The notes beneath the pieces are model-generated. The model saw only the letters and a list, made by a program, of their open reading frames with translations, was not told the DNA's origin and ran no database searches. From NCBI RefSeq assembly GCF_006345805.1, contig NC_043000.1, positions 156,240,001 to 156,304,000 on the forward strand: 64,000 bases of DNA, read 5' to 3'. The translations under genes were made by a program, and so were the position numbers. Shown here piece after piece: positions 38,001 through 50,830 of this stretch. How positions within the stretch are numbered: position 1 is the stretch's first letter; each line of letters begins with the position of its first letter. This stretch comes from Octopus sinensis (Eukaryota).

Positions 38001-39339
38001 CGGAATACATGATAAACAATTTCAAAATATTTTCAATCCTCCAAACAAAAGAATATCCTATGAATACAGCAAGGATATGGCTGAAGTCTGTCAAGGCCAA
38101 CTATGAAATGGAAGAATGACCACCAAAGCTGGCTGTTGAGGTTAAGAATATAGTTCTTGAAAGTGTGTAATATGATATCTAAGGTCAGCAACCCTGGTGA
38201 GATAGGAGCCTATTAGATTGGTTCTTAAGCAGGCTGGACTGGGGTGTAGATGATATTTTATTATAGTAGGCTTAGAGCAGTGGAAAGCAAGGAGAGGTCC
38301 TAATATAAATTAAGGATAAAAAAAAAAGAAAGAATAAATAAGCAAAAGTAAGGGTGGAGAAAACCAAAAGTATACAAGCCAATTAGGCATACGGTTGGGG
38401 TTTGGGATTTGCTAGCCAAGGCTAAAGGACAAAGGGAACAGGGCAAAGATACACAGAATTTAGGGGTATTGAAGGCAGTGAGCTGGCAGAAACGTTGGCA
38501 CGCTGGGCGAAATGCTTAGCGGTATTTCGTCTGCCATTATGTTCTGAGTTCAAATTCCGCCGAGGTTGACTTTGCCTTTCATCCTTTTGGGGTCAATAAA
38601 TTAAGTACCAGTTATGCACTGGAGTCGATGTAATCGACTTAATCTGTTTGTCTGTCCTTGTTTGCCCCCTCCGTGTTTAGCCCCTTGTGGGTAGTAAAGA
38701 AATAAGAAGTGGATATTGGTTGCAAGTTGGGGGAGGGTATGAAGGCAATAGAATAATAAGATCTAACTTTTATAGTTTTTGGATTTGGTTTGCAAGATTC
38801 CTTATGTGAGTTTGTGTGTTCAAGCATATTCTTTTGTGTCTGGGGAGAGTCATTTTCTTTTTGTGCCTTATAATTTAACAAACTCACCGGTAAAATTTCC
38901 ACTTATTTTTTATTTTATTTTTATTTTATTTAGTTTCAGCTCACAAGCTGTGCCATGCTGGGGCACCGCCATTTAAAAATACCCATCCCTGTTTCTTATT
39001 TTTATTTTCCTAAAATTTTCATTGCGCCTTGCAACCTTTTCAAGGCTATTGAAATAGTCAGCTGTAGAAATGAGTTACGACATCACTGGTGCCAAGCTGT
39101 ATTGGCCTTTGTCTTTCCCTTGGATAACATCAATGGAATAGAAAGGGGAGGCTGGTATGCATGGGCCACTGCTGGCCTTCCACAAACAACCTTGCTTGGA
39201 CTTCTGCCTCAGAGAGTAACTTTCCAGGCGCATTCCTATGGTCATTCATGATCAAAGGAGTGGTCTTCTCTTCTCTTCTCCCTCTCTCTCTCTCTCTCTC
39301 TTGTGGTGCACCTGAGCACTGTATACAATAATTTCATTA

Positions 39340-39559
39340 TATATATATATATATATGGCCGCAGTCAAATGACTGAAACAAGTACAAGAGTACAAGAGAT
39401 ATATATTTGTACATATATATATACACACACACACACATATATATATATATGTACAGACATATTTATATATGTATATATATATAAATATATATATATTTAT
39501 ATATATATGTGTGTGTGTATATATATATGTGTGTGTGTGTGTCTCTATATATATATGTA

Positions 39560-39617
<58 letters not shown>

Positions 39618-39715
39618 GTGTGTGTCTATATATATATATGTATGTGTGTATATATATATATTTTTTTTTTTATATATATTATTAATATATATATGTGTGT
39701 GTGTGTGAGTGTGTC

Positions 39716-39763
<48 letters not shown>

Positions 39764-39831
39764 TATATTTATATATATTATTAATATATATGTGTGTGTG
39801 TGTGTCTATATATATATGTATGTGTGTGTGT

Positions 39832-39875
<44 letters not shown>

Positions 39876-39987
39876 ATGTGTGTGTGTGAGTGTGTCTATA
39901 TATATATATATGTATGTATGTGTGTGTGTGTATATATATATATATATTTATATATATTATTAATATATATATGTGTGTGTGTGTGTC

Positions 39988-40021
<34 letters not shown>

Positions 40022-40063
40022 TATATATTTTTTTTTATATATATTATTAATATATATATATAC
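39340..40063. repeat. Compound (TA)n/(TG)n microsatellite block
   Basis: About 720 bp of mostly alternating purine-pyrimidine with a recurring super-unit containing TATTATTAATAT and GTGTCTAT; preceded by a CT tract at ~39267-39301. Confidence 0.95.
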
Positions 40064-40087
40064 TTACAAGTTCTATTTTTACATTCT

Positions 40088-40200
40088 ACTTCCGGTGCCA
40101 GGCTTCGAAAGAGTAGTTCAGCAGAAAAAGAAAAAGAAAAAAACGCAACAAAACCAAACAAAAAACAAAAAAAACCCCACCGAGGCTCTCCACTTCCGCT
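40088..40200 (+). promoter_or_regulatory. Probable SRRT promoter
   Basis: ETS-type ACTTCCGG at 40088-40095 and ACTTCCG at 40192-40198, local CpG enrichment, pyrimidine-rich initiator-like stretch. Confidence 0.45.
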
Positions 40201-40293
40201 TTGTTTTCTCCGGTTCTTGTCGCGGTCGATCGTCCTTGTTTTGTGGTTCGTTGGAATTTTCTTCAAACGGATTTCCATAACCAATCTACTACA
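40195..40293 (+). other. SRRT: Putative non-coding first exon of SRRT
   Basis: The ATG exon starts with an acceptor only 6 nt before the ATG, so an upstream exon is needed. This CpG-containing segment ends in ACA|GTAAGC; a second candidate donor is CAA|GTAAGA at 40522. Start coordinate approximate. Confidence 0.45.
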
Positions 40294-42139
40294 GTAAGCC
40301 TCTCACCATTATATCTTTGAACATTTCTTTTATTACGATTCCTGCAACTGTTTTGCAGCGAGGAATCTCTCTTTTAAATTGCATTGTTTATTAATTTCTC
40401 TTTGATTTCTTTTTTTGGTGGGGAATCTTGGCATTTTTTTATTTCTGTGAGTGGAAATGGAATTAAGCCGAGCGAACGAAGAATGGATAAGAAAAAAACG
40501 GAGATAAGAGAGAACGGTCAAGTAAGAAGGAAAAGGGATTCTTATAGAAGAGTGTCCTTCCTTCTCCTGGTTTTGTTTCGTCCTAAGTTTCAGTTTCAGG
40601 AAAATCGATATCTTCAATAAAATTTTTTACACTTCCAGATTTGTGTTAGATTAGGATTATATCCGAAATTAAAATGGAAAAAAAAAGGAAAAAATGATCA
40701 ATGCGCTTATATATTGATACCTATTTCTTTATTACCCACAAGGGGCTAAACACAGAGGGGACAAACAAGGACAGACATAGGTATTAAGTCGATTACATCG
40801 ACCCCAGTGCGTAACTGGTACTTAATTCATCGACCCCTGAAAGGATGAAAGGCAAAGTCGACCTCGGCGGAATTTGAGCTCAGAACGTAAAGACAGAGGA
40901 AATTGATAACCATGAAATATACATCTACGAAATGAAAGTTGAAATTTTTGTAGAAATTGTGACGTGTGTCCCGCCAACCTTTCTGTTTTCATTTTAGATA
41001 CCTCTGTAATTGGAATCTTCACCATCTGATAAGTATTTGGTGAAGATTTCGTTTGAATATATCAATTTCTTTTTAAAGCTATCAGGGAACAAAGTTGTGT
41101 GCGCACTTGTGTAGATATTCCGAACGAAATCTGTTTTAATGTTTGTGATAGTAAAAGAATAGATAAAATTAATAGTAAATTTTTCCCAGTTAGACTTACA
41201 AATAAAAAAATATATTTAATTAATTACGCAGACAAGTTGAGAGATAAAAGCAATTAGTTGTAGTCGAAGTTTACAGTAACCGAAATTTGGAGAGATACAA
41301 ATGTAGAGAGAATAAAATAGAATAGTGTCTGTTGAGAGGAAAGATTACCTAATTGGCGATCTTACGGTTCTAGTATCGCCAAATGATTCATAACAGCTTC
41401 TTAAATAAATGAGAAGGAGCTAAATTAAATCGGTTTAGAGGCAAAGTTAATCTTAAAACAGATAGGCAAAACGAGATTGAGTTTGTGTGATGATAATTGC
41501 AATTAATCCCATCCTTTTATTTCAGATGAATTAATTACTCTTTGTGTTAAGTTTGGAATGATTTAGGAATATTAATTGCGGTTTTATTACAAAACCTCCT
41601 GTCAATGTGACATATAAACCCGATAAAAGATTCTTACAGCTGTTATGAAGGAAGGTTTTTAAATGCCAACACAACCCCTTTTTTCAAAAGAAGAGGCTTT
41701 TTGTAAATACGTGATCTGGAGGTGACCATACAGTTTGTATCAAAAGGGTTTTCATAGAGGGGATTAATTAACTAGATAGAGCCCGCAGATTAGCGGCAAA
41801 CATATACAGGGGAGACGGACTTGTTCTAGGTCTGCTCTTATCGAACAAGACTTGGGTACTTGATCAAAGGCGTTCCAGTTGTGACCACCTTTTCTTTCAG
41901 ATCAAGTATATTGATTTTATGGAGGATTTGGCTATTATTTCTAGAAAATCGAGCAACCATATAAAAAGGTTGATTCGACTGTTTGTATGGGAAAAGATGT
42001 AGCGAATCTTTGTTACAAAGGAGTGTTTTATTTGGCAATATACGCACACACCATCTCTGTCTGTCTGTGTGTGTGTATTCTTTATGCGAAACCGATTTGT
42101 AAGATCGACCGTGATGGATATTTAATACTATACTTTACG

Positions 42140-42177
<38 letters not shown>

Positions 42178-44048
42178 GTGTGTATATTCAAAGGGCAAGA
42201 CCACTAGGTAGTCGGCCGTATGCTAGAAATAGATCACCTACGATTAAACTACAGAGAATGTTCTCTACATGTATTAGAATTTTCTCTGATTTTTCAGATT
42301 TTTGTATGCTAGGCTACTGGTTTTAAATTGGTGTAAATTAAATTAATATTAATTTATCTCCCTCATTATTTAAATATATATATATATATATATATATACA
42401 TACATACATACAGAGAGAGAGAGAGAGAAACAGTAATATCTTCATAGAGGTTTATTGTTTAATACAGACAAAGGCACTGCTAATAGAGGAAGTTGGTTGG
42501 CAGAGTCGCTACAGCGTCGAATAGAATGACTTGCAGTATTCGTTCCAGCTCTCTGTATCATGCGATCAAATCCCGCAAAGGGCATCTTTACCTTTCGTTC
42601 TTTCGGGATCGGTAAATAAAGCACCAATCCATGGCGGTAGATTGGCAGAATTGTCAGGGGGGTCGGATGGGATACCTTGCAGTATATATATTCATGTTTG
42701 CGTTCTGACAACAGCACCTGCAATAAATAACGTTAAATGCCTTCTCTCGGGTAACATTGATGTAATGGAAAAAGGAGCCTTGTGCGCAATGGGAACTGCT
42801 AGTTTCCCATTTTCTTCTTAAGGCCTTCATATTAGGAGTGAACTTTTTAGCTCTATATGTTTAGTTATGAGAAAGTACTTTGATAGATAATAGGAATGCT
42901 AGTTGTGTAGGCCTACGGTTTTCATAATGAAGCTCATAAAATGCCTGACAATTTTACATATATTTAACCAAATGAGTATGTTGTGTATTGTGGTGCTATA
43001 TGCGCAATTTTCGCAGGCCGCTCTTTTGATACAACTCGTCTGAGACCGCCCCTGTTCTTTGGTACAAGCTTCCCTGTTTTAAAGTGAACTACGTTCCAAG
43101 CACCAGCTTTATAATTACAAAGTTATTTTACTAAATTCTTCATTGTTTTCAAAATTAAAATAGGGACGGTGAACTTCAATAGAGATATGGTAACAAAAGA
43201 AGTGGAGGAATCAATTTTTTTTTTCCTAGTAGTTTAGTCAAGTGAAAGTAGTGCCTATGACATCCGTGAAGAATGATTTTGTCATCAGTGAATGTTAACG
43301 CTTTTGTTGCAATTATCAGATTTTCATTACTCAAAATTTCTTTACTATTAACTGCAGAAAGTAGTTTACACACCAATCTTTTGTTGAGAAATGTCATGTT
43401 AGAAACTATTTTTCGTTGAAATATGTCGAGTTTATTTTTTTTTCGTAGTTATTTCACATGGTAGTTCTTTTGTTGTTTTTTTGTAGTTATTTAACTGGAA
43501 TAACGATGAAATTTAATTTGACAGTTAAAGGGTTAATAAAATATGACCCTTGTAAAGTGTCATATTTTATTAACCTTTTAACTGTCAAATTAAATTTTCC
43601 CTGGCATAATTTAGGAAAAATGTAAACCTTTAAAATTTTTTATTTTGGGAAAATCTTATGTGTAGCTCTGCCTTAAAAACACTTTTACTGAAAATATTGT
43701 ATTAAAAGCATATAAATCATTTACTGATGAAACAATTTCTTGAGTAGAATGTCACAATTCTCAGAGATGAACTAGATCTGTGTAAATGCATTCATTTCAT
43801 GCTGTACAGAACTCTGGGATTGGTGTGGGACTACTTGAGAAATTGAGTTTGGTCAAATAGGCTGGTGTTAGGCATTGTTGTCACTATAATTACTGGCAAA
43901 TATAGCAACATATACATACTTATATAAGTTCAGTTCCTTTGTGGCTTTTTAGTTGTTTTAACACTTATTTTTAGCAAAAGCAGTACTAACCAGTACCCTC
44001 TGTCACTTTTGTGACCTCTATTTATTTTGCCTTTAGGTGGGATAAATA

Positions 44049-44572
44049 CAGGATTATTCAAAAATAATGAACTGATTTCATTAAGCACTATTTTAATAAA
44101 TAAAAGCAATATAAAACTCCAGCTAAGTCAGAAGTATTTGCTCACAATCAACTTTTATTTCCTGTCTTCCAAACATTCAATGTGGCCACCACCTGCAGCA
44201 CGGACAACATCAGTGCAATAAGAGAATATATCACGATAAATTTCCCCAGACCTCACTGTGTGTGGTTTTTTTTCTTGTGGGGGATATTGTAAAGGTTGCA
44301 TTTATGTTCCATCACCACCCACTAACCTCAATGACCTTTAAGATCAAATAACAACAGCGATCTACTCAGTGGATCGTGATATGCTGATATGCATCTGAGA
44401 GGAATTCTCTTATTGCATTGACTTGCCCGTGCTGCAGGTGGTGGCCACACTGAAACCTTGTAAGACAAGTTGATTGTGAGTAAATACTTGTGACTCAGCT
44501 GGAGTTTTCTATTGCTTTTCCTTATTAAAATATTGCATAATGAAATCAGTTCACTCTTTTTTAATAACCCTG
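44049..44572 (+). mobile_element. Internally deleted Tc1/mariner element
   Basis: TA|CAGG(A/G)TTATT...AATAACCCTG|TA; ~165-bp imperfect TIRs; internal remnant SPDLTVCGFF(L)WGY..IYVPSPPTNLNDL of the transposase C-terminus. Confidence 0.85.
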
Positions 44573-44678
44573 TATGTATGTGTATCATCATCATCATCAT
44601 CGTTTAGCGTCCGCTAAACGATGATGATGATGATACACATACATACAGGGTTATTAAAAAAGAGTGAACTGATTTCAT

Positions 44679-44745
<67 letters not shown>

Positions 44746-47716
44746 AAACACATGAATATATATCATCATTTCGCATCTACTTTCTATGCTGGCATGGGTT
44801 CGACAGTTTGACTGAAACTAGTAAGTTGGAGAGTTGCACCAATTTCCAATCTGATTCAGCATGGTTTCTATGGTTGGATGCCCTTCCTAACATCACATAT
44901 CATCATCAACATCGTTTAACGTCCGTTCTCCATGCTAGCATGGGTTGGACGGTTCGACCTGTGATCTGGGAAGCCAGAAGGCTGCACCAGGCTCCAGTCT
45001 TATCTGGCAATGTTTCTACAGCTGGATGCCCTTCCTAACACCATATGTATATATATATATATATATATATACTAATAAAAAGGGTTCAGCAAAGATTTGC
45101 TTCACCACACACCGAAGTTTAGAAATAGCAGCCAAAAATCTTAGCTATTTCTTCTACTTTAAAAGGGGGTCTCCCGGAGAAACCAAAATACTTGAAGATA
45201 ATTCACACAAGCAGAGAGTAAAGCAACGAAAATCAATCAATATCTGGTTATCCATGGACTCGCGTTTCTGAATTAGGTTTTGCATAAAGAATATAAAAAA
45301 ATACTTTACTAACCATATTCTTCATCGGCATAATAGAATATATATCATCATCATCATCATCGTTTAACGTCCGTTCTCCATGCTAGCATGGGTTGAACGG
45401 TTCGACTGGGGATCTGGGAAGCCAGAAGGCTGCACCAGGCTCTAGTCTTATCTGGCAGTGTTTCTACAGCTGGATGCCCTTCCTAATGCCAACCACTCCG
45501 TGAGTGTAGTGGGTGCTTTTTACATGCCAGGCGAGGCTGGCAACGGCCACGGTCGGATTGGTGCTTTTTACGTGCCACCGGCACAGAAGCCAGTCGAGGT
45601 GGCACTGCCTTCGGCCACGATTCGGATGGTGCTTTTTACGTAGTAAAAGAGCTAAGAGAAATAAGTCAAAGAGGCTAATTACATGATTTGGGATAATTAA
45701 GTTAAAGAATGGCATACTGGATGCTGTACACAACAAATTCTTAATATTTAAAAGTTCCCCTGAGTAAGATGGAAAGGAAAAACCTGATCACAATTGTTAA
45801 CAACTATCAAGGAAAAGAGGGAGAGAAAATTTTAAATAATTAAGAGTAAATTTCTTTAGTTAAATTACATGCTGGGTTGGGGACAGTTAGGGTCTATGTT
45901 TCAGTTTGTTGCACCTCATCAGCATTGTACAGTCTCAGTTTACCTGATAATGAGAAATTACGTTTTCGTATTCTTATAGTTATTTCAGTCATTTGACTGC
46001 CGCCATGCTGGAGCACCGCCTTTAGTCAAACAAATTGACCCCAGCACTTATTCTGTCAGTCTCTTTTGCTGAACTGCTAAGTTACGGCGATGTAAACACA
46101 CAAACATCAGTTGTCCAGCGATGGAGGGAGACAAACATATACATACATATACACACACATATATATACATTCCTGGTTGGCATTAGGAAGGGCATCCAGC
46201 CATAGAAACATTGCCAGATCAGACTGGGCCTGGTGCAGCCTTCTGGCTTCCCAGACCCCAGTTGAACCGTCCAACCCATGCTAGCATGGAAAGCGGATGC
46301 TAAACGATGATGATGATGATATATATATATGAACCATGTCTACCAAATCCACTCACAAGGCTTTGGTCAGCCTAAGGTTATAGTAGAAGACACTTGCCCA
46401 AGGTGCCACACAGTGGGACTGAACCTGGAACCATGTGGTTGGTAAGCAAGCTACTTACCACGTAGCCACTCCTGCGCCTATATATAGAAAAAGAAAAACG
46501 AAGAACTAAGTTATATTTTTAGCCATGGGTAATTTGAAATGATTTAAAATAAAATGGACTAAGGGGAAATAATTTGAAGTGGTCAGTGGCATAAGATTGA
46601 ATTTAAAGAGTGGTCTTAATGAATGGTGTACATAATGAATTCTTAAATTTTTTAAAATTCCTTCTGAATAGGAAGTGAAAAAGAATAATATAGTGGAAAT
46701 TATCATCACTCTCAAAAAGCACTGGTGCTACACAAAATGCACCCCATACACTTTGTAAAGTGGTTGGAATTAGGAGGGGCATCCAGTCAAAGGAACCATT
46801 CCAAAGCAGATGTTGGTACACGATGCTGTCGTTTGACCTCTGGAATCTTACCAAACTATCCAACCCATGCCAGCATGGAAGAATGGACATTAAAAGATGA
46901 TTATGAAGATGATGATGATGATCATCATCATCGTTTAGCGTCCGCCTTCCATGCTAGCATGGGTTGAACGGCTCAACTGGGGTCTGGGAAGCCAGAAGGC
47001 TGCATCAGGCCCAGTCTGATCTGGCAATGTTTCTACGGCTGGGTGTGTAGTGCGTGCTTTTTACGTGCCAGACGAGGCTGGCAAACGGCCACAATCGGAT
47101 GGTGCTTTTTACGTGCCACTGGCACGGAGGCCAGGCGAGGCTGGCAACGGCCACGAACGGATGGCGTTTTTTCCGTGCCACCGGCACGAGGCCAGTCGGG
47201 GCAGAGCTGGCAACAGCCACGTTCGGATGGTTCTCTTACGTGCCACCGGCACTGGTATCACAGCTGCAGTTTTTGATAAACTGCATTTGTTGTGTTGGTA
47301 CCATGTAAAATGCACTTTTGCCAATGGCACATACAGAGTACCCAGCATATTCTGTGAAGTGGTTGGCAAATTAGGAAGGGCATCCAGCCATAGAAACCAT
47401 GCCAAAACAGACTATTGGAACCTGGATAGTTCTCATGCTGGCCAACTCCTGTCAAACTGCCCAACCCATGCCAGCCTGGATTGAATATTAAACAATGATG
47501 ATGATGATGATGATGTACAATAAAAAGTAAAGTCTACATTAATTTTTACTTTGTGCTGTAGTCATGTTTTAACTACATACTTAGTATATCTCTAAAAGTA
47601 CCCTTAGCCACATTGATTTTCATATGACTTAAAAGCATTTTGAGAACTAAAATCTATTTCTCATTTGATTGTACGGCACTTTTTCTAATTACATTTCTTT
47701 CTTTTTCCCTCTAAGT

Positions 47717-48480
47717 CATCATCATCGTTTAACATCCGTTTTCCATGCTAGCATGGGTTGGACGGTTCGACCGGGGTCTGGGAAGCCAGGAGGCTGCACC
47801 AGGCTCCAGTCTGATAAGGCAGTGTTTCTACAGCTGAATGCCCTTCCGAACACCAACCACTCCGTGAGTGTAGTGGGTGCTTTTTACATGCCACCGGCAC
47901 AGGGGCCAGAGGAGGCTGGCAAACGACCACGCTTGGTTGGTACCTTTTACATGCCACTGGCATGGGTATCACAACTACAATTTCCATTTTTGATTTTTAT
48001 TTTGATGTTGATGTACTTGACTCATTAGGTCTCCTCAAGCACAGCAGGTCACCCTACGATCCAAGGTTAGCACAGCAGGCCGTCCTGTGAGCCATGAACT
48101 CACTTCATTTGTCGGGTCTTCGCAGTCACAGCATATCTCAGAGGTCTCGGTCTTTCGTCATTGCCTCTGTGAAGTCCAACGTTCAAAGATCATGCTTGAC
48201 CACCTCATCCCATGTTTTCCTGAGTCTACCTCTACTCCGGATTCCTTCAACTGTTTTTGAGTGGCACTTCTTCACACATCTCTCCTCATCCATCCGTAAT
48301 ACATGACCATACCAACGCAAACGTCTCTCTTGCACACCACATCCGATGCTTCTTATGTCCAACATTTCTCTCAGGGTGCTTACACTCTGTCGTGCGTGCA
48401 CACTGACATTACACATCCAGCGGATCATGCTAGCTTCATTTCTTTCGAGCCTACACATGTCCTCTAAAGTGTGTGCTGAA
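47717..48480 (-). mobile_element. RTE LINE 3' end: ORF2 C-terminus, modular 3' UTR and (GAT)n tail
   Basis: LERNEASMIRWMCNVS..RRLRWYGHVLRM..GRLRKTWDEVVKHDL runs without a break into the abundant modular repeat and its tail. Confidence 0.88.
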
Positions 48481-49208
48481 AAAAATGTTAGCAATAATAA
48501 TATTAATAATAATAATAATAATGATGATGATAATCACAATTTTTGAGTTGGCTGGAATCCAGTGTTTTGAAGTGGTTGTAATAGTGGGAAAGTCAATTAC
48601 AGTTGGTCTACTTTTTCAACAGTAAGCATTGTGTTGTGTTTAAGTGATTTGACCTCATTGTCTTAGCATATGTATGGTTTTTTTTTTCTTTTTTTTTTGA
48701 TGTCATGTTCAGAAATAGTTTCAGATATAGATATATAGGTATAAATACTATTTCTGTATATGTGTGTGTGTGTCTGCATATATATACACACATGTTCCTG
48801 TATGTGTGTGTGTATGTATATATATATATATTATATATATATATATATATATGTATATATAGGCGCATGAGTGGCTGTGTGGTAAGTAGCTTGCTAACCA
48901 ACCACATGGTTCTGGGTTCAGTCCCACTGCGTGGCATCTTGGGCAAGTGTCTTCTGCTATAGCCCCGGGCCGACCAATGCCTTGTGAGTGGATTTGGTAG
49001 ACGGAAACTGAAAGAAGCCTGTCGTATATATATATATGTATATATTATGTGTGTGTGTCTGTGTTTGTCCCCGTCACTTAGCGGTTCGGCAAAAAGAGAC
49101 CGATAGAATAAGTACTGGGCTTACAAAAAGAATAAGTCCCGGGGTCGATTTGCTCGACTAAAGGCAGTGCTCCAGCATGGTCGCAGTCAAATGACTGAAA
49201 CAATAAAA

Positions 49209-49266
<58 letters not shown>

Positions 49267-50371
49267 CATTATCATCTTCATTTAATGTCTGTTGTCCATG
49301 CTGGTATGGGTTGGACTTTCTGACTGGACTAGCACAATGGAAGGCTGCACCAGTCTGGTTTGGCATGGTTTTCTATGGCTGGATGCCCTTCCTAATGCCT
49401 AATGAGATGAGTAATAATGTTTATTACCTATAGTTGTATTTGTTCTGTGTAAATCTTTTATTTTAATTTATTTTCCACTTTTTAGTCTTTTTTCTTCCTT
49501 TTTTTTTTTACATTTCTTTATATTGTAAATATTAATATATTAGAGCATTAATCACAGGAGCTACAGTATTTGTTCTGGCTCTGTACATTCTGTGTTCAAA
49601 TCCTGTTGAGGTTAACATTGCCTTTCTTACTTCTAGGGTTGATAAAATAAAGTACCAGTCAAATATTGCAGTTGATTTATTCAACTCACCGTGTTACCTA
49701 AATCTGTGTCCTTGTGCCTCTGATCAAAACAATTATCGTCATTTAAGTAAAATGTTTAATATTGTCATTTCATAGAGTAGTGAAGAAAATGCATTTTGGT
49801 ATTTAGGTTCATCCTTTTTACATTCAGGGTTCAAATACAGCTGGGATTCACTTTGCCTTTTGTTCTTCCAGAGTTAATAAAATAGGTACCAATCAGGTCC
49901 TGGGGTTGATTTAATCAATTGCACTAATGTTAGAAAAGCAAAATTATTGTCTAGTCCCATGCCAACTTTGAAAAAAACCTTGGATCTAAGGCATTTCATT
50001 CCAACAGAGTATCTTAGGCTGCAGTATCTAATCTTTGGGATTTGAGAGAATTAACTGAGTGATGATGTAGATGGAGAAGTGTCACAAATTAATTGTCTGG
50101 TTTTTATTTTAGTCAAATCTGATGGTCTGATTTCAAATTTTGTATAGACTTATTCGATGTTGAGCATTCTAGGGTTGATAAAATACCTGTCAAGCACAGC
50201 ATTTCAATAAATTGGCTATATCCATCCATGCTGCAAATAAATATTTGTATAGTAGAATATTTGGGGTGTGACACAGGGTTAATCACCTTATCTTTCAGAT
50301 ATTTCAGAGACAAAATACTTCAGATATTTCAGAGATTTAAAAACTTCAGATATTTCAGAAATCGTTTTTTT

Positions 50372-50830
50372 TTTCAGAATCTAACCATGACCGCTCAGTG
50401 GCCTGAGTCACATAATCTCGTTGATGGTTCACTGTCAGATGGTGATAACCTATGGCATTTAAATTATTATAAACGGGCCACTCATCTGAATGAATTAGTG
50501 AACCTTTTTCACATTCTCTTTCAATAATTGGTATCAGACTGTTCCTGTCATGCCGTTCCACACAAAAGTATCGACAGTCTGAGCCTTATTTGAGACCAAA
50601 AACCCATGGCCCTTCAATTCTACGCCCATGGTTCCCGTTGTCTCATTGTTCTGTATCACTGTCTTCGAAGAGAGGAGTGTTGTCGCCATTCAGCATTCTT
50701 CCTCAATTGCTTCGTTGATCTGAATGGGGTTATCGTTTGTTCCAACCATCTCCCCTCGTCGTTCGTGATAAACTATGACTCCACACACCTCGCGGCTACA
50801 TATTGTACCAATCAGTTATTGTATTTTTAG
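50372..50830 (-). mobile_element. Degenerate Merlin (IS1016/ISXO2-like DDE) transposase
   Basis: Manual translation across frameshifts and stops: TDWYNM.REVC, IQINEA, GPWVFG, VERHDRNSLIPIIERECEKGSLIHSDEWPVYNNLNAIGYHHLTVNH. Confidence 0.8.

Noticed and set aside
37380-38150. Possible coding exon or gene between INTS7 and SRRT
   Set aside because: Fragmented frames; LNFYKADW resembles a decayed LINE ORF2; too degenerate to call.
39303-40297. 325-aa Tyr/Ile/Val/Cys-rich ORF and overlapping ORFs
   Set aside because: Translation of (TA)n/(TG)n microsatellite.
50059-50130. Box C/D snoRNA (GTGATGA ... CTGA)
   Set aside because: No terminal stem and no recognisable rRNA or snRNA antisense element; these boxes are expected by chance.
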